Under the pieces are notes generated by a model, which saw only the letters and a list, made by a program, of their open reading frames with translations, was not told where the DNA came from and did no database searches. Below are positions 1 to 9,678 of a stretch of DNA of 13,899 bases, one piece after another. Made by a program: the position numbers and the translations under genes. This DNA is from Azolla caroliniana (Eukaryota > Plantae > Polypodiophyta), in assembly GCA_043228905.1 (NCBI GenBank), contig JBHGNT010000917.1, positions 1-13,899 of the forward strand, given 5' to 3'. Every line of letters begins with the position of its first letter. Positions within the stretch are counted from its first letter, which is position 1.

Positions 1-2083
1 ACTTTCTTCTCGGCTAAGTCCCATAGTCGATAGCCGAATTCATCATTGGTTTAGCCAAGGAATATACTTGGCCGAGATTTTGGGTCTAGTTTTCCCTTTT
101 GGTCTTTTGCCACATGCACATAGGCAAGATAGCCGAACACCCTCAGATGTTGGTACGAAACGTCTTTGCTGCTCCACACCCTTTGTGGGATATCACCATC
201 CAAGGGTACTGAGGGTGATCAGTTTATTACGTACGTTGTCGTCATCAACGCCACAGCCCATAACGTCTTCAGTAACTTAGCATGTGCAAGCATACTTCGG
301 ACCCTTTCCATTACGGTTCAGTTCATTCTCTCGGACAGCCCATTAAGTTGTGGCATGTTTGGCACGGTATACTCGAGCCGGATTCCTAGATTTCGGAGAC
401 ATTCCTCGAACGGTCCACGGTACTCTCCTCCATTGTCTGCTTGGACTACCTTCAGTTTTCGGTTGGTTTCTCTCTCGACCCTTGCTTGGAACTCTTTGAA
501 GACAGATAACACTTGATCCTTCATCTTCAACACGGAAGCCCCCAACTTCTGGCTACAGTCATCAATGAAGGTCACGAAATACTATGATGTGACCTCGTGT
601 CCACATAACATATGGTTGTATGCACGAGTCCTCGTGGCATTTTCTTCCTCATCAGGGGCCTTGCTTGGAAGGATGTTCAATTCTACTTGTCGGATAAGCA
701 ATCAGTGCACTTCTCAAGTTGCACATTCTTTACCTCCGGAATGAGATTGTCCTCAGCAAACTTTCGCATCCCCTTCTGGCTCATATGGCACAACCTCTTG
801 TGCCATAGTTCACCGACCATGTTGGCTGCCACGTTTGCTTCCCCTCGGCATATTCGAGCATTCATTATGTACAATGTGTTGGTCTTCCGAGCTCGTGCCA
901 TGATCAGGCTTCCTCAACAGAACTTCATGACACCGTTCAGGATGCTACCCGTGTAGCCTTCATCATCTAGCCGACCGGTTGATAATAGGTTCAATCGAAC
1001 CTCCAGAATGTGTTGTACATCTCTCAACATGAGTCTGTATCCGGTTGAGTTTTCGAAGCACATATCTCCAATGCCGACAATTCCGTAGGCTCCTTCATTT
1101 CCCATCTTTACAGATTCGAGATCTCCGGCTCTATAGGATGAGAAGCACTTTCGGTTAGGGGTTAGGTGGAATGAAGTGCCCGAATCGACCACCCATGTCA
1201 ATTCTTCTTCGGTGAGTTTCATTTTGTTTTGCTCACTAATGACCAACAACTCCTCACTCGTGGCAATTGCTGAGGTGTTCTTTCTGTCCGTGATTTTCTT
1301 TGGCTCTACACCATTAGCTCCCCCTTTTTCCTTTCAAAAGTGTCGGCAATTTTTCTGGAAGTGCCTTGGCTTCCCACAGTAGAATCATGTGGGTCTCCCC
1401 CTCGACTTCGACCTAGTCCCCAACTTATCTCGGTTCTGGGGACTTCGATTTCGGTTTCTTCCCCGAATCGTGCCACCTTCCGTGACTAAGGCCTTCTGGT
1501 CGGTGTTGGACTCTCGGTCCTTCCGGCGAGCTTCTTCATTTAGCAAGTTCGACTTCATCTGCTCTAGGGATAGGTGTTTCCCTTCTAGTCCCACGTTGCC
1601 CAGCGTGACAACCAGCGTTTCCCAACTGTCCAGAAGGGATCCCAACAACAACACTATTAATACCTCGTCAGCCAGAGGTACTTCTAGAGAGGTGGTTTGG
1701 TTCATCAATCCTTGGAAGACATTGATGTGCTCAATACTAGAGCCATCCTGATACCAGAGTCTCACAATTTTTCGAAATACTAAGACTCGGTTCACGACGT
1801 TCTTGTTTTCGAACATGACGCAGATCTTCTTCCATAGAACATCTGCTTTTGTTTCTTCGCCGAAGTTGTTGTATAGACTCATGTCTATAAAACACCTTAT
1901 ATATGCGGCCGCCTTCAGATGCAACACTTCCCAAGTCGGTGCATCGATCTTGTATGGTCTTTTATCTCCGAACTGCACCAGCATCCAAAGGTCTTTGCAC
2001 AAGAGCATGTCTCTCATCTTCGATTTCCAAACGGAGTAGTTGGAGCCGGTTAGCTTAAAGATGTCGTCGAACGAGTCTTCCAT
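1..2083 (-). pseudogene. copia gag-pol polyprotein (gag, CCHC knuckle, aspartic protease, integrase) with premature stops
   Basis: Gag begins MEDSFDDIFKLTGSNYSVWKSKMRDML. The knuckle reads *FYCGKPRHFQKNC, with the first Cys replaced by TGA at 1385-1387. Protease WVVDSGTSFHLT. LWHKRLCHMS...CTDC. Integrase YFVTFIDD, QADNGGEY, PQLNGLSERMN, then FGYRLWD near base 20-40. Several in-frame stops and a disrupted segment around 590-680. Confidence 0.95.
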
Positions 2084-2085
2084 CA

Positions 2086-2096
2086 CTCTGATACCA
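2086..2096 (-). promoter_or_regulatory. Primer-binding site complementary to the 3' end of tRNA-iMet
   Basis: Minus strand reads TGGTATCAGAG, 3 nt inside the LTR-terminal CA. This is the canonical plant copia PBS. Confidence 0.95.
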
Positions 2097-2099
2097 CTT

Positions 2100-2680
2100 T
2101 GTTAGGAATCGACCGGCCACAACCGGTTTCACGTTTGTATTCGTGTGCAGAAATCAAGAACTAGTACACAGACAGAAAAACGTGAAGCCACAGAGACACC
2201 GAAATTTTATGTGGAAACCCCGAAATGGGAAAAAACCACAAGGGTCCACAAACCCCGGCAAAAACATATCACTATGGTAGAGAGGAAGTACACTATTGAA
2301 CTCGGAGGCAACAACCTCGAGTTCTCCTTCGTCTAACAGACGGCTACAAAGTTACACTCTCGCTCACAGTTACAGAGCCAACTACCTCGTTCTAACTTTA
2401 CAATAATTGATCTCAAACATAAAGTTTGCCCTAGTTTCTTATAAACAAAAGGAACTTTCTGGCTATTTACAAGTATAGCCCCCGAGAGGCATTTCTAAAC
2501 GGCTTAACCGGTTTGAGCCAGATTGGCAAGGCTCAAGCCAAGCCGAACCGAGCTCAAACCGTTTAGTCAAGCTCCAACGTAAGCCGAGAGGAACCGCTAA
2601 GCCGCTAAGCCATTTAAAACCGGTTTAGCTAAACGGTTTAGGCTTGAGCCAAGCCATTGACGATCCCTACCGCATACACA
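2100..2680 (-). repeat. 5' LTR of the copia element (~581 bp)
   Basis: The inner end ...CCTAACA abuts the PBS. The outer end TGTGTATG at 2680 is where LINE-derived sequence begins (boundary +/-2 bp). Contains a TATA-like TGTAAATAG (~2463-2471), a GTGGTTTTTTCCC...GGGTTTCCAC U5 stem (2211-2239) and short repeated U3 motifs (2495-2656). Confidence 0.85.
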
Positions 2681-3400
2681 ATGTTGAATCTTTAGAGGAA
2701 TACATCCATTGAGTAATGGCCACCGCAATGCTTGAATCTTTGTTTTCCCATGCACTAATCCAATGTTTGCAATGTCTTCTTAGTCCAAGTGAGTAATGGT
2801 AAAAAATATAATAACATGGGTATCAAGATACATTTCACCACTTTTGATTTGTACATGAAAGGGCCACAATTGAGTCCAATACATAATTTTTCCCTTCAAT
2901 TTACTACCCATCCAAACAATCAGTTGAAGGTTTACGACATTAATACCCAATGGATACCCCAAATGCCCATAAATTGATCCTCATGTAATCACTTGTCCTA
3001 GTCATCCCAAACATTCCAAATCACACTCCGGAGTCAATACAAAAAATATAAGACTTCTTCCAATTTATATGCAACATTGAAACTAAGGCAAATTGATTCC
3101 AAACTTGCATACTCCTTTCAAGATTTTCTTTTGAGGCTTGTAGAAACAGAAAGAGTCATCAGCCAATGCTTGTGATACCAATTGTCCCCTAGAAGGAATA
3201 TGCAAGCCCTCGATATCCCCACTAGCTACAAGAATGGACCACATTATTGACAAAGGATGTGTAAAAATAGCAAATAACAACGGACTTAGTGGACATCCTT
3301 GTTGTATGGATCTATAGTAAGAAAACCATTCAAGGTAATTCCACCATTAAGCATTACATGAGATGTTGCATTTTGCCCTAGTAAAAAGATAAGCCTCAAC
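2681..3400 (-). mobile_element. Decayed L1-type LINE ORF2 fragment 1 (reverse transcriptase domains ~4-7)
   Basis: Minus-strand translation gives SHVMLNGGIT...RSIQQGCPLSPLLFAIFTHPL...QLVSQALADDS (FADD-like) and LGYPLG, with frameshifts. Cut at 2680 by the copia LTR. Confidence 0.9.
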
Positions 3401-3420
3401 TATTTTAATAAATCACAACT

Positions 3421-3461
3421 TTGTGTGTGTGTGCGCGCGCGCTCACGTGCGTGCATGTGTG
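3421..3461. repeat. Compound (GT)n/(GC)n alternating purine-pyrimidine microsatellite
   Basis: ttgtgtgtgtgtgcgcgcgcgctcacgtgcgtgcatgtgtg, lying at the junction of two LINE fragments. Confidence 0.9.
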
Positions 3462-5590
3462 AAAACAAACTATATTAATAAAGGTGTGTGAAAAACACTA
3501 CAATGGTACCAGAATTGTGTGTGGTCAAGATAGGTAGTGAGACATGTTGAATTGCTAGTAGGCAAGACAAATACTTCACCAATGAAATCATTTCTATTTG
3601 CTCCAATATAGAAAATTGTCATATAGGTACTCCAACTTTTATAGATATGCTTTGACTCCATGCCTACCATCAAATACAAAAGAATTGTGCATACCCCAAT
3701 TATGATGCAATCTCCAATACCTTCGAAGTAGGAAAATGATCTCTATCTTTGATTTTAGGTTTATCTATGTGAATTGTGGGAACACAAACATTTTAGAATC
3801 AAATAATAATGTAACAAAAACTTACCAAATCTAAGAAATGTAACTCCAAAGTTGTAAAGCAATTGGAAACTATATTAAATAATGAGTATTATCTTCCATT
3901 TGAATAGTGCATAAGAATCAGTTGACTATTGCTTGTCCACAACGCTTTAGAGTTAATCTCAAAGGCCAAACGCCAATCAATATTCTTGAAATAGAGACAT
4001 TTGCTACAACTGGCAATTTACAATGTCAAATAGATTTCAAGGTCTCCCACGATCCATAATCAAAATAATGTATTTTCCAATCTCATTTAGCTTTAGCTAA
4101 TAGTCATCGGAATATTCAACAAAGCAATGGTAGAAGAGATTAATAGTCACTTGTAAAAATGACATTTGACCACGTAAATGTAGATCAATCCACAATTGCT
4201 CTTGATGTTAATAGAGGCAAAGAATCTTGCATCAACAAAGTCATATAAACCTTGCTCTTCATGTAGTTGTTCCCATATAAACCCATAATTGGGTAGGATG
4301 CATAATAATTGTTGCACTTCAACAAAGTTCAAAATTCCTTGAGATTGACCCTCAACTACATATCTCACCTCTTTGATCCGAAACGAAACAAACAATTAAC
4401 TTGAGAGCACAATCTCTCCTTTGTTGGACACATAATTACCAAGAAGATGTAACTGCCTTTGCCAGAATTACAATGCTCACTATTAGAAGATAGTGACCAT
4501 ACAAATTCCTCATTCAAGTGAACATTTCATGCCATGAGATAACGAAGTGGTTTAACTCTTGAAGAATGAGGAATTTTAGTGAAATACTTCCATTGAATGG
4601 TTGTGACAGTAATGGCAAATAATATATAATATCATGGGTTCCAAAAATACATTGTAGAACCTTAAGGTGTATATAAATATATGCCCAACATTGTGATTTC
4701 CAATACGTGAACTTATCCCTTGACGTGGTGTTCATCCATCCAATCTATTCCGCAAGTGTAAAAAAACTAAAGCCTTTTTGAACCATGCATCCTAACCATT
4801 CCAAATCTCTCTTAGTACATCAAATGACGTTAGACTTCCTCCAATTAATATGCTATTTAGACACCAAAGAAAATTGGTTCCATTCAAGCCTCCCCTTCTC
4901 AAGATTCTCACATGAGGTGTGTGTAGAAACAAAGAAAGAATCACCTTGACTAGTTGTCCCCTAAAATGGACGGTGGTATAGTCACAATATCATCATTAAT
5001 TGCAAGCATTGATAACAACACCAACAAGGGATGAATAACTATAGCAAATTACAATGGGCTAAGTAGGCATCCTCAATGAATAGATCTCACAATCAAAATG
5101 TTTTAAAAAATATAGGGCAAGACATACGTGCACCAAAGCCCACTCTGCATTAACCAAGAAAGAGGGGACCTATTAACATGATTATAAGCTCTCTCCAAAT
5201 CTAGTTGCACCGTAATCAATCCTAATGAATGTGTTATGCATAATCCATAGCCATTTGAACATTCAACACATTATGCAATAGATTTCTACCTACAATAAAA
5301 CTATATTAGGGTAGATATATCAACTTTGACAAACACTATTGTAATCTATTTGCCACAACATTTGTAAATATGTTTTATCACCACACCTATTAAATAAATA
5401 AGTTACCTGACACCAATGGTGAAATAACCTGGGTGACACCATCATGGAAACTAATGTAGTGAGACCAACCTTTCACACTCAAAGGCATATAACTAGAATC
5501 CAAACAATGTTAAAACCTCAACATTGGAGGCCTATCCCTTTAATAACTCAATCTCACTTAAAAACTTCATTTGTTAAGCCCTCCTAACTA
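3462..5590 (-). mobile_element. Decayed L1-type LINE ORF2 fragment 2 (RT domain 0 to 3' end, internally deleted)
   Basis: EGLTNEVFK (~5560-5585), NIFTNVVANRLQ (~5340-5375), FIVGRNLLHNVLNVQMAMDY (~5240-5300), VQLDLERAYNHVN (~5170-5210), RSIH*GCLLSPL*FA (~5045-5090). C-terminal WGMHNSFVFDGRHGVKAY (~3645-3700) matches fragment 3. Bases 4570-4660 resemble 2685-2830 of fragment 1. Confidence 0.85.
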
Positions 5591-6713
5591 AGGCTATTCT
5601 ACTAAGAAGATGCCTTAAAACTGTGTCCAAATCATCCTTTGTGAAACCTACATCCAATTCATAAAGGAGGTGATGCAGACCTTTGGGCTTCCTAAGGTAA
5701 GGTATGCCAAAGTAAAGGGATCAATACATCATTGACTCGGGATATACACGTAAAGAGGAACTACCTACACATAAAACAATCTTACATTTTGAACAAAAGA
5801 CGTCAAAACAGCATTCACCAACTTCATAGGGAAATATTTTGGTATAAAGAGCCCCTCTCAACGTCATTGTCGGTAAATTTCATGTGGTGATGTCACTAGT
5901 TTCGCTTTACACAAACAACACTGGATGGTTAATTGTATAGGCAATAAAACAGAACCTAGTTATGGATATAATGTTCATTCTGAGAGATGATACTCATACA
6001 TCAATTAGTATGATTGCTCTCTCAGAAGCACCATCACCAAGAATTCCATTTAATTCTACAAGATGCATCCTTGATCTTTATGAATGATTTATTTCAAAGT
6101 GCCTTAATGCTAATAACAAGCACGTTTATGTCTCACTGCCTTAATGCTAATAAGATCAGTTGTTGAGATAAAGAAACGCTCAGGAAATTAGTTTAAACCC
6201 TACAACTCTAGGTAGGTCGTTCTGTATTGTTTGAATAATCATAAACAAAATGCCCTGTCCTGTTCCCAAACAAATCCAGGGTATCATACACTTTTAGAAA
6301 ATTTCCAGCTGTAATATTAAAAGATTACTTTCATCTTCTGATGGATAGCTTTACAAGAATACAGAAGAGTTCTAACTCGCATCTGACCAGGGTATATAGC
6401 TGACATTCAATTTCAATCCATATTTTTTAAAGACTTCATCATGAGTGAATATAGATGAGGAAAAAAGCATATTCCGACCATATAATAATTTTACAGTACT
6501 ATGTTGAAAAACAAAAGAATAAAACAGTGGTGATATTATCAAAATTTGAGAACCTAAAAGTAGGAGCCCATAACTTCACCTGCACATATTCAACCAGAAA
6601 GAATCACACATTTCATTGATTCATCTATAGATGAACTTGGACATCAGACCTGCTTTTGAAGATATAGAATAGCACCCTAGTCTTGCTAAATAAAATGGTA
6701 AGCGTTGAGATCA

Positions 6714-6806
6714 TCAGTCATAGCTGGCATTCAAGAACTTGAGTAGCTCATTTCGCTTGTTTTCTGCAAGCTTGTCCTCTTTCGTTTTATCTACTTTCAT
6801 AAGAAT
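6714..6806 (-). CDS. Exon 6, last coding exon (ILMKVDKTKEDKLAENKRNELLKFLNASYD*)
   Basis: Acceptor TTTTTGTAG|A; stop TGA at 6716-6714 followed by a second TGA. Confidence 0.92.
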   Translation of the reverse strand: MLMKVDKTKEDKLAENKRNELLKFLNASYD

Positions 6807-8590
6807 CTACAAAAAGTACATGAAAATTAAATAAGAAAAGTTCAATTCTCTCCATTGTTAGCCCAACATTGCTGCCGTCTTGGCAGTAATAATTATGAAT
6901 TTATTATTTTAAAGAGGTTAAATTGCAAAAATTGATGTCTATATTCCCTAAACTGCAAAAAGATTAAAATAGCTAGCACAGCTGGATGCTATGCTCCATA
7001 GACGATTGATAATAATAACTAGCAGTATTGATATGATACATCTAAAATGTTATTTTGAACAAGCAACAATGCAAGCTAATGATACATCTAATGCTTCAAA
7101 CTGTTGAGGTTATTTATCTAATGATGACATTGGGAGAAGTTCTCCTTATAAAACAGAAACTGTAAATGCAAACAGCTGAAATTAGTACCTTTTTGCCAGA
7201 AACAACACTCCGCCGCACACTGTCATCCTTTCCCTCACCCAAGAACTATATAACAGAGGGTGCATTGATGTCAAATATTGAAAATACTCATTAATTGTGC
7301 ACTTAGATTGGAAGGCACATTGATTAATTGTGCAAGATACTGTGATAACTCTAAAAGACACATTACATTCTACTCACTAATTGCCAAAGGCTACATTAAT
7401 CATGAAGGGAAAAATAATTTTTGGAGGGGAACTTTAATTTTTTGATCATTAATGCAAGATACATTGACTATTAATGTACTCACTTTTGACAGCTGAACAG
7501 GTCCAGGCATTTCTTTCCTCTGCTGCATCATAAAAGCTCCCATCGCATACAAAGGTTGCAAATAATTCATTCCATGTCATCATCAGCATCCCACAAAGCC
7601 AAAGAAAAGAACCAAGTCACCCGATCGCAAATCCCAGCTCCAATTTCAAAGGGCCCATCCAAATACAGGCAGCAGACAAATGTCAACACCATATAAAAGG
7701 ACGTTGAATGTATAAAAAAAAACATACCAAAAATGCATATGAGAGGACCCTGTCGCATCTTCACTTTCAACACTTTCTGTTAAAGATGAATAAAGTTTTG
7801 TGCATTTTGAATTTGGAAGAATAATTCTCTCTTGGCATGCAAACAACTCTTGGGGTTTAGAGTTATTGAACGTGAGTGATTGTCCCTGAACAAGTAGAAA
7901 ATCTGGGCCCTTTTGTGGTATATCCCTACTTGCATCTTCATGTTCAAAATTCTATGTTCAAGATGTATGAGATTTCTGCATATCTGAATTACTTGATGGA
8001 ATATTGCTTAGAGGCCATTTAAATAGCAGAAAACTGCAAGATTCAAGCTGGTTAATGTAAATAAGTGTCCATGGCCAACCAGGGAACGCATGCCTTTTTT
8101 AGATTAGCAAATCAGATGTGATACTGAAAGCCTATAAAGTTGAGGTTCTGTAGAAATCCAACTGTATGATTGTCTCATAATTCACTAAATAGTAGTAACA
8201 TAACAGATAACAAGGGAAGTCAATTACGTCAATACACAAAGATAGTTCCTACCTCTTTCTGCTTGTGCTTATCTCGCTTCTGTTTGGACTCCTTCCTGTG
8301 CTTCCGTTTGGAGTCCTTATCTTTGCTCTTGTCCCTGGTTTGCTGCCAGGAAATATTGAATTTTAATGATCAAACAAAGTGATAATATGTCAAGAGCCAT
8401 GAGCTGAGGTTGTAGCATGTACCTTCTTTGATCTTTCTTTTCTTTTTCTCTTTCTGCTACTATGTTCAGAATCATGTGAATCGCTGTCACTACTAGAGTA
8501 ATCATCTAGCCTGCAGATAAACAAGTATAATGATTTTACACCCACACTATAAACACCACCCACACACATATATATATATATATATATTTA

Positions 8591-8624
<34 letters not shown>

Positions 8625-9600
8625 GGAGAGTAAATATATTCTTTCCATTCCAGGTTAGAAGTCTAAAACATCTGAGCATCTTCCCTTTCAAATGTCCTTG
8701 TAATATCAAAGCCATTATGTATTTGATTTGAACACATTATATAAGCATAGAAACATGTCCAAACACAAGTAATATATTTGAATATGGACAGAAATATATG
8801 AATACAGCAAAAAATGGTCTGGAGGACAGAAACGAAAACTTGTTCTTTTCTTTTGCCATGGCTACAGTGATTGTCGGGTTGTGAGAGGGATATTCCTAAT
8901 AAGGCTAAGAAAAAAGATCACAGGACGACAATCTCAACAAATATTGAACAAAAAACACAATAAAAACTACATAAGAGAGCAACGGAGAAGAATTATAGGA
9001 GATTCACAGATCGATTTGTTGAGTGAAACGAAAAGGACAGAAAAAGCAGGAGGAACACCGTGATTTGGCTTTCCATTGCTCGCTGACCCAACTTTGTGAC
9101 GAGAGTAAAAGAAACTAGGATACCGATCACATAGATTCAGACCTGAACGGATAATAGTGAGCAAAGTTCAAGATAAGAAGGGAGATGAAAACCTATGTAT
9201 TCGCCTTCCATCGATGACTGTGAACAGAGCTGAGCAAAGTACCAACATAACTAGAGCAAAAGGAGAAGAATACAGCGGTGGGTAAAGCAATCGACAGAAG
9301 GAGAAGAAGAGGGGGGAGGTGGAAGGGGGGTAAAAAGAGAAAAGAAAAACACCTGTGCTTTCGCTTTCCATGGCTGCCTTTGGATCTGCGATTGTGGTGG
9401 AAATCGCCATTTTGATGAGAAGACTCAGAAGAGGAGGAGGAAGGGGAAGAAGAATCGTGAGAAGCGGGTTTTCTCTTCCTGCTACTGATAGCGGCGCTGT
9501 GTCGGCTATGGCGAGGACGAGGGCGATCAGAAGAAGAAGAAGAAGAAGAAGAAGAAGAAGGGGAGGAGGAAGAAGAAGAAGAAGAAGAAGAAGAAGCCAT
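6714..9600 (-). CDS. Six-exon gene, 204-aa Ser-rich/Lys-Arg-rich putative nuclear protein; function unknown
   Basis: join(complement 9353-9600, 8423-8510, 8253-8342, 7484-7522, 7189-7245, 6714-6806). All introns are GT-AG with compatible phases (2,0,0,0,0) and there are no internal stops. The protein ends QRKEMPGPVQLSKFLGEGKDDSVRRSVVSGKKILMKVDKTKEDKLAENKRNELLKFLNASYD*, with tandem TGA TGA. Confidence 0.92.
7189..7245 (-). CDS. Exon 5 (FLGEGKDDSVRRSVVSGKK)
   Basis: Acceptor GTTATATAG|T, donor AAG|GTACTA; 57 nt. Confidence 0.92.
7484..7522 (-). CDS. Exon 4 (QRKEMPGPVQLSK)
   Basis: Acceptor TGCAG|CAG (NAGNAG; alternative start 7519), donor AAA|GTGAGT; 39 nt. Confidence 0.88.
8253..8342 (-). 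CDS. Exon 3 (QTRDKSKDKDSKRKHRKESKQKRDKHKQKE)
   Basis: Acceptor TTCCTGGCAG|C after an 80-nt intron, donor GAG|GTAGGA; 90 nt. Confidence 0.9.
8423..8510 (-). CDS. Exon 2 (R LDDYSSSDSDSHDSEHSSRKRKRKERSKK)
   Basis: Acceptor TTATCTGCAG|G, donor AAG|GTACAT; 88 nt, restores phase 0. Confidence 0.92.
8561..8630. repeat. Compound microsatellite (CA)n(TA)n(TG)n(AG)n in intron 1
   Basis: Read directly from the sequence; its near edge is about 50 nt from the intron 1 acceptor. Confidence 0.97.
9353..9600 (-). CDS. Exon 1 (MASSSS...KGSHGKRKH + AG)
   Basis: ATG in CAATGGC context; donor CAG|GTGTTT followed by a pyrimidine-rich intron; 248 nt. Confidence 0.88.
9529..9596 (-). repeat. Coding (TCT)n trinucleotide repeat giving the N-terminal poly-Ser
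   Basis: (AGA)n on the + strand, interrupted by gggaggagg. Confidence 0.95.
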
Positions 9601-9678
9601 TGAGGAGGTGATTGATTTGTCTGTGAGCGAGGGATGGAGGTTAAGTAATTTACTACGATTTCGTCGTCGTTTTGGATC

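Larger units (their letters stand above)
1..2680 (-). mobile_element. Ty1/copia LTR retrotransposon (Tnt1/Tork-like), 5' half, decayed; continues past the left edge
   Basis: Minus-strand order is LTR, PBS, gag, zinc knuckle, protease, GAG-pre-integrase, integrase. Integrase directly after protease is the copia order. RT/RNase H would lie left of base 1. The lineage call rests on motif resemblance only. Confidence 0.96.

Noticed and set aside
68-2336. Several + strand ORFs over the copia element
   Set aside because: They are antisense to gag-pol or within the LTR and carry no recognisable motifs.
5590-6100. Possible additional gene or TE between LINE 2 and the gene's 3' end
   Set aside because: I could find no ORF, motif or terminal structure to support one by eye.
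7540-7590. Intronic C/D snoRNA (TGATGATGA on the minus strand)
   Set aside because: There is no downstream CTGA box D or terminal stem before the acceptor.
8881-9410. Short ORFs inside intron 1 (both strands)
   Set aside because: Their composition reflects U/C-rich intron sequence; they have no motifs or convincing splice context.
9193-9600. 135-aa single-exon ORF as the complete gene
   Set aside because: It reads through the donor at 9352 into pyrimidine-rich intron. The spliced model gives a coherent 204-aa protein.
9355-9603. + strand 82-aa poly-Arg (protamine-like) ORF
   Set aside because: It is the antisense shadow of the (TCT)n poly-Ser exon 1 and starts at a non-ATG codon. The splice signals support the minus strand.
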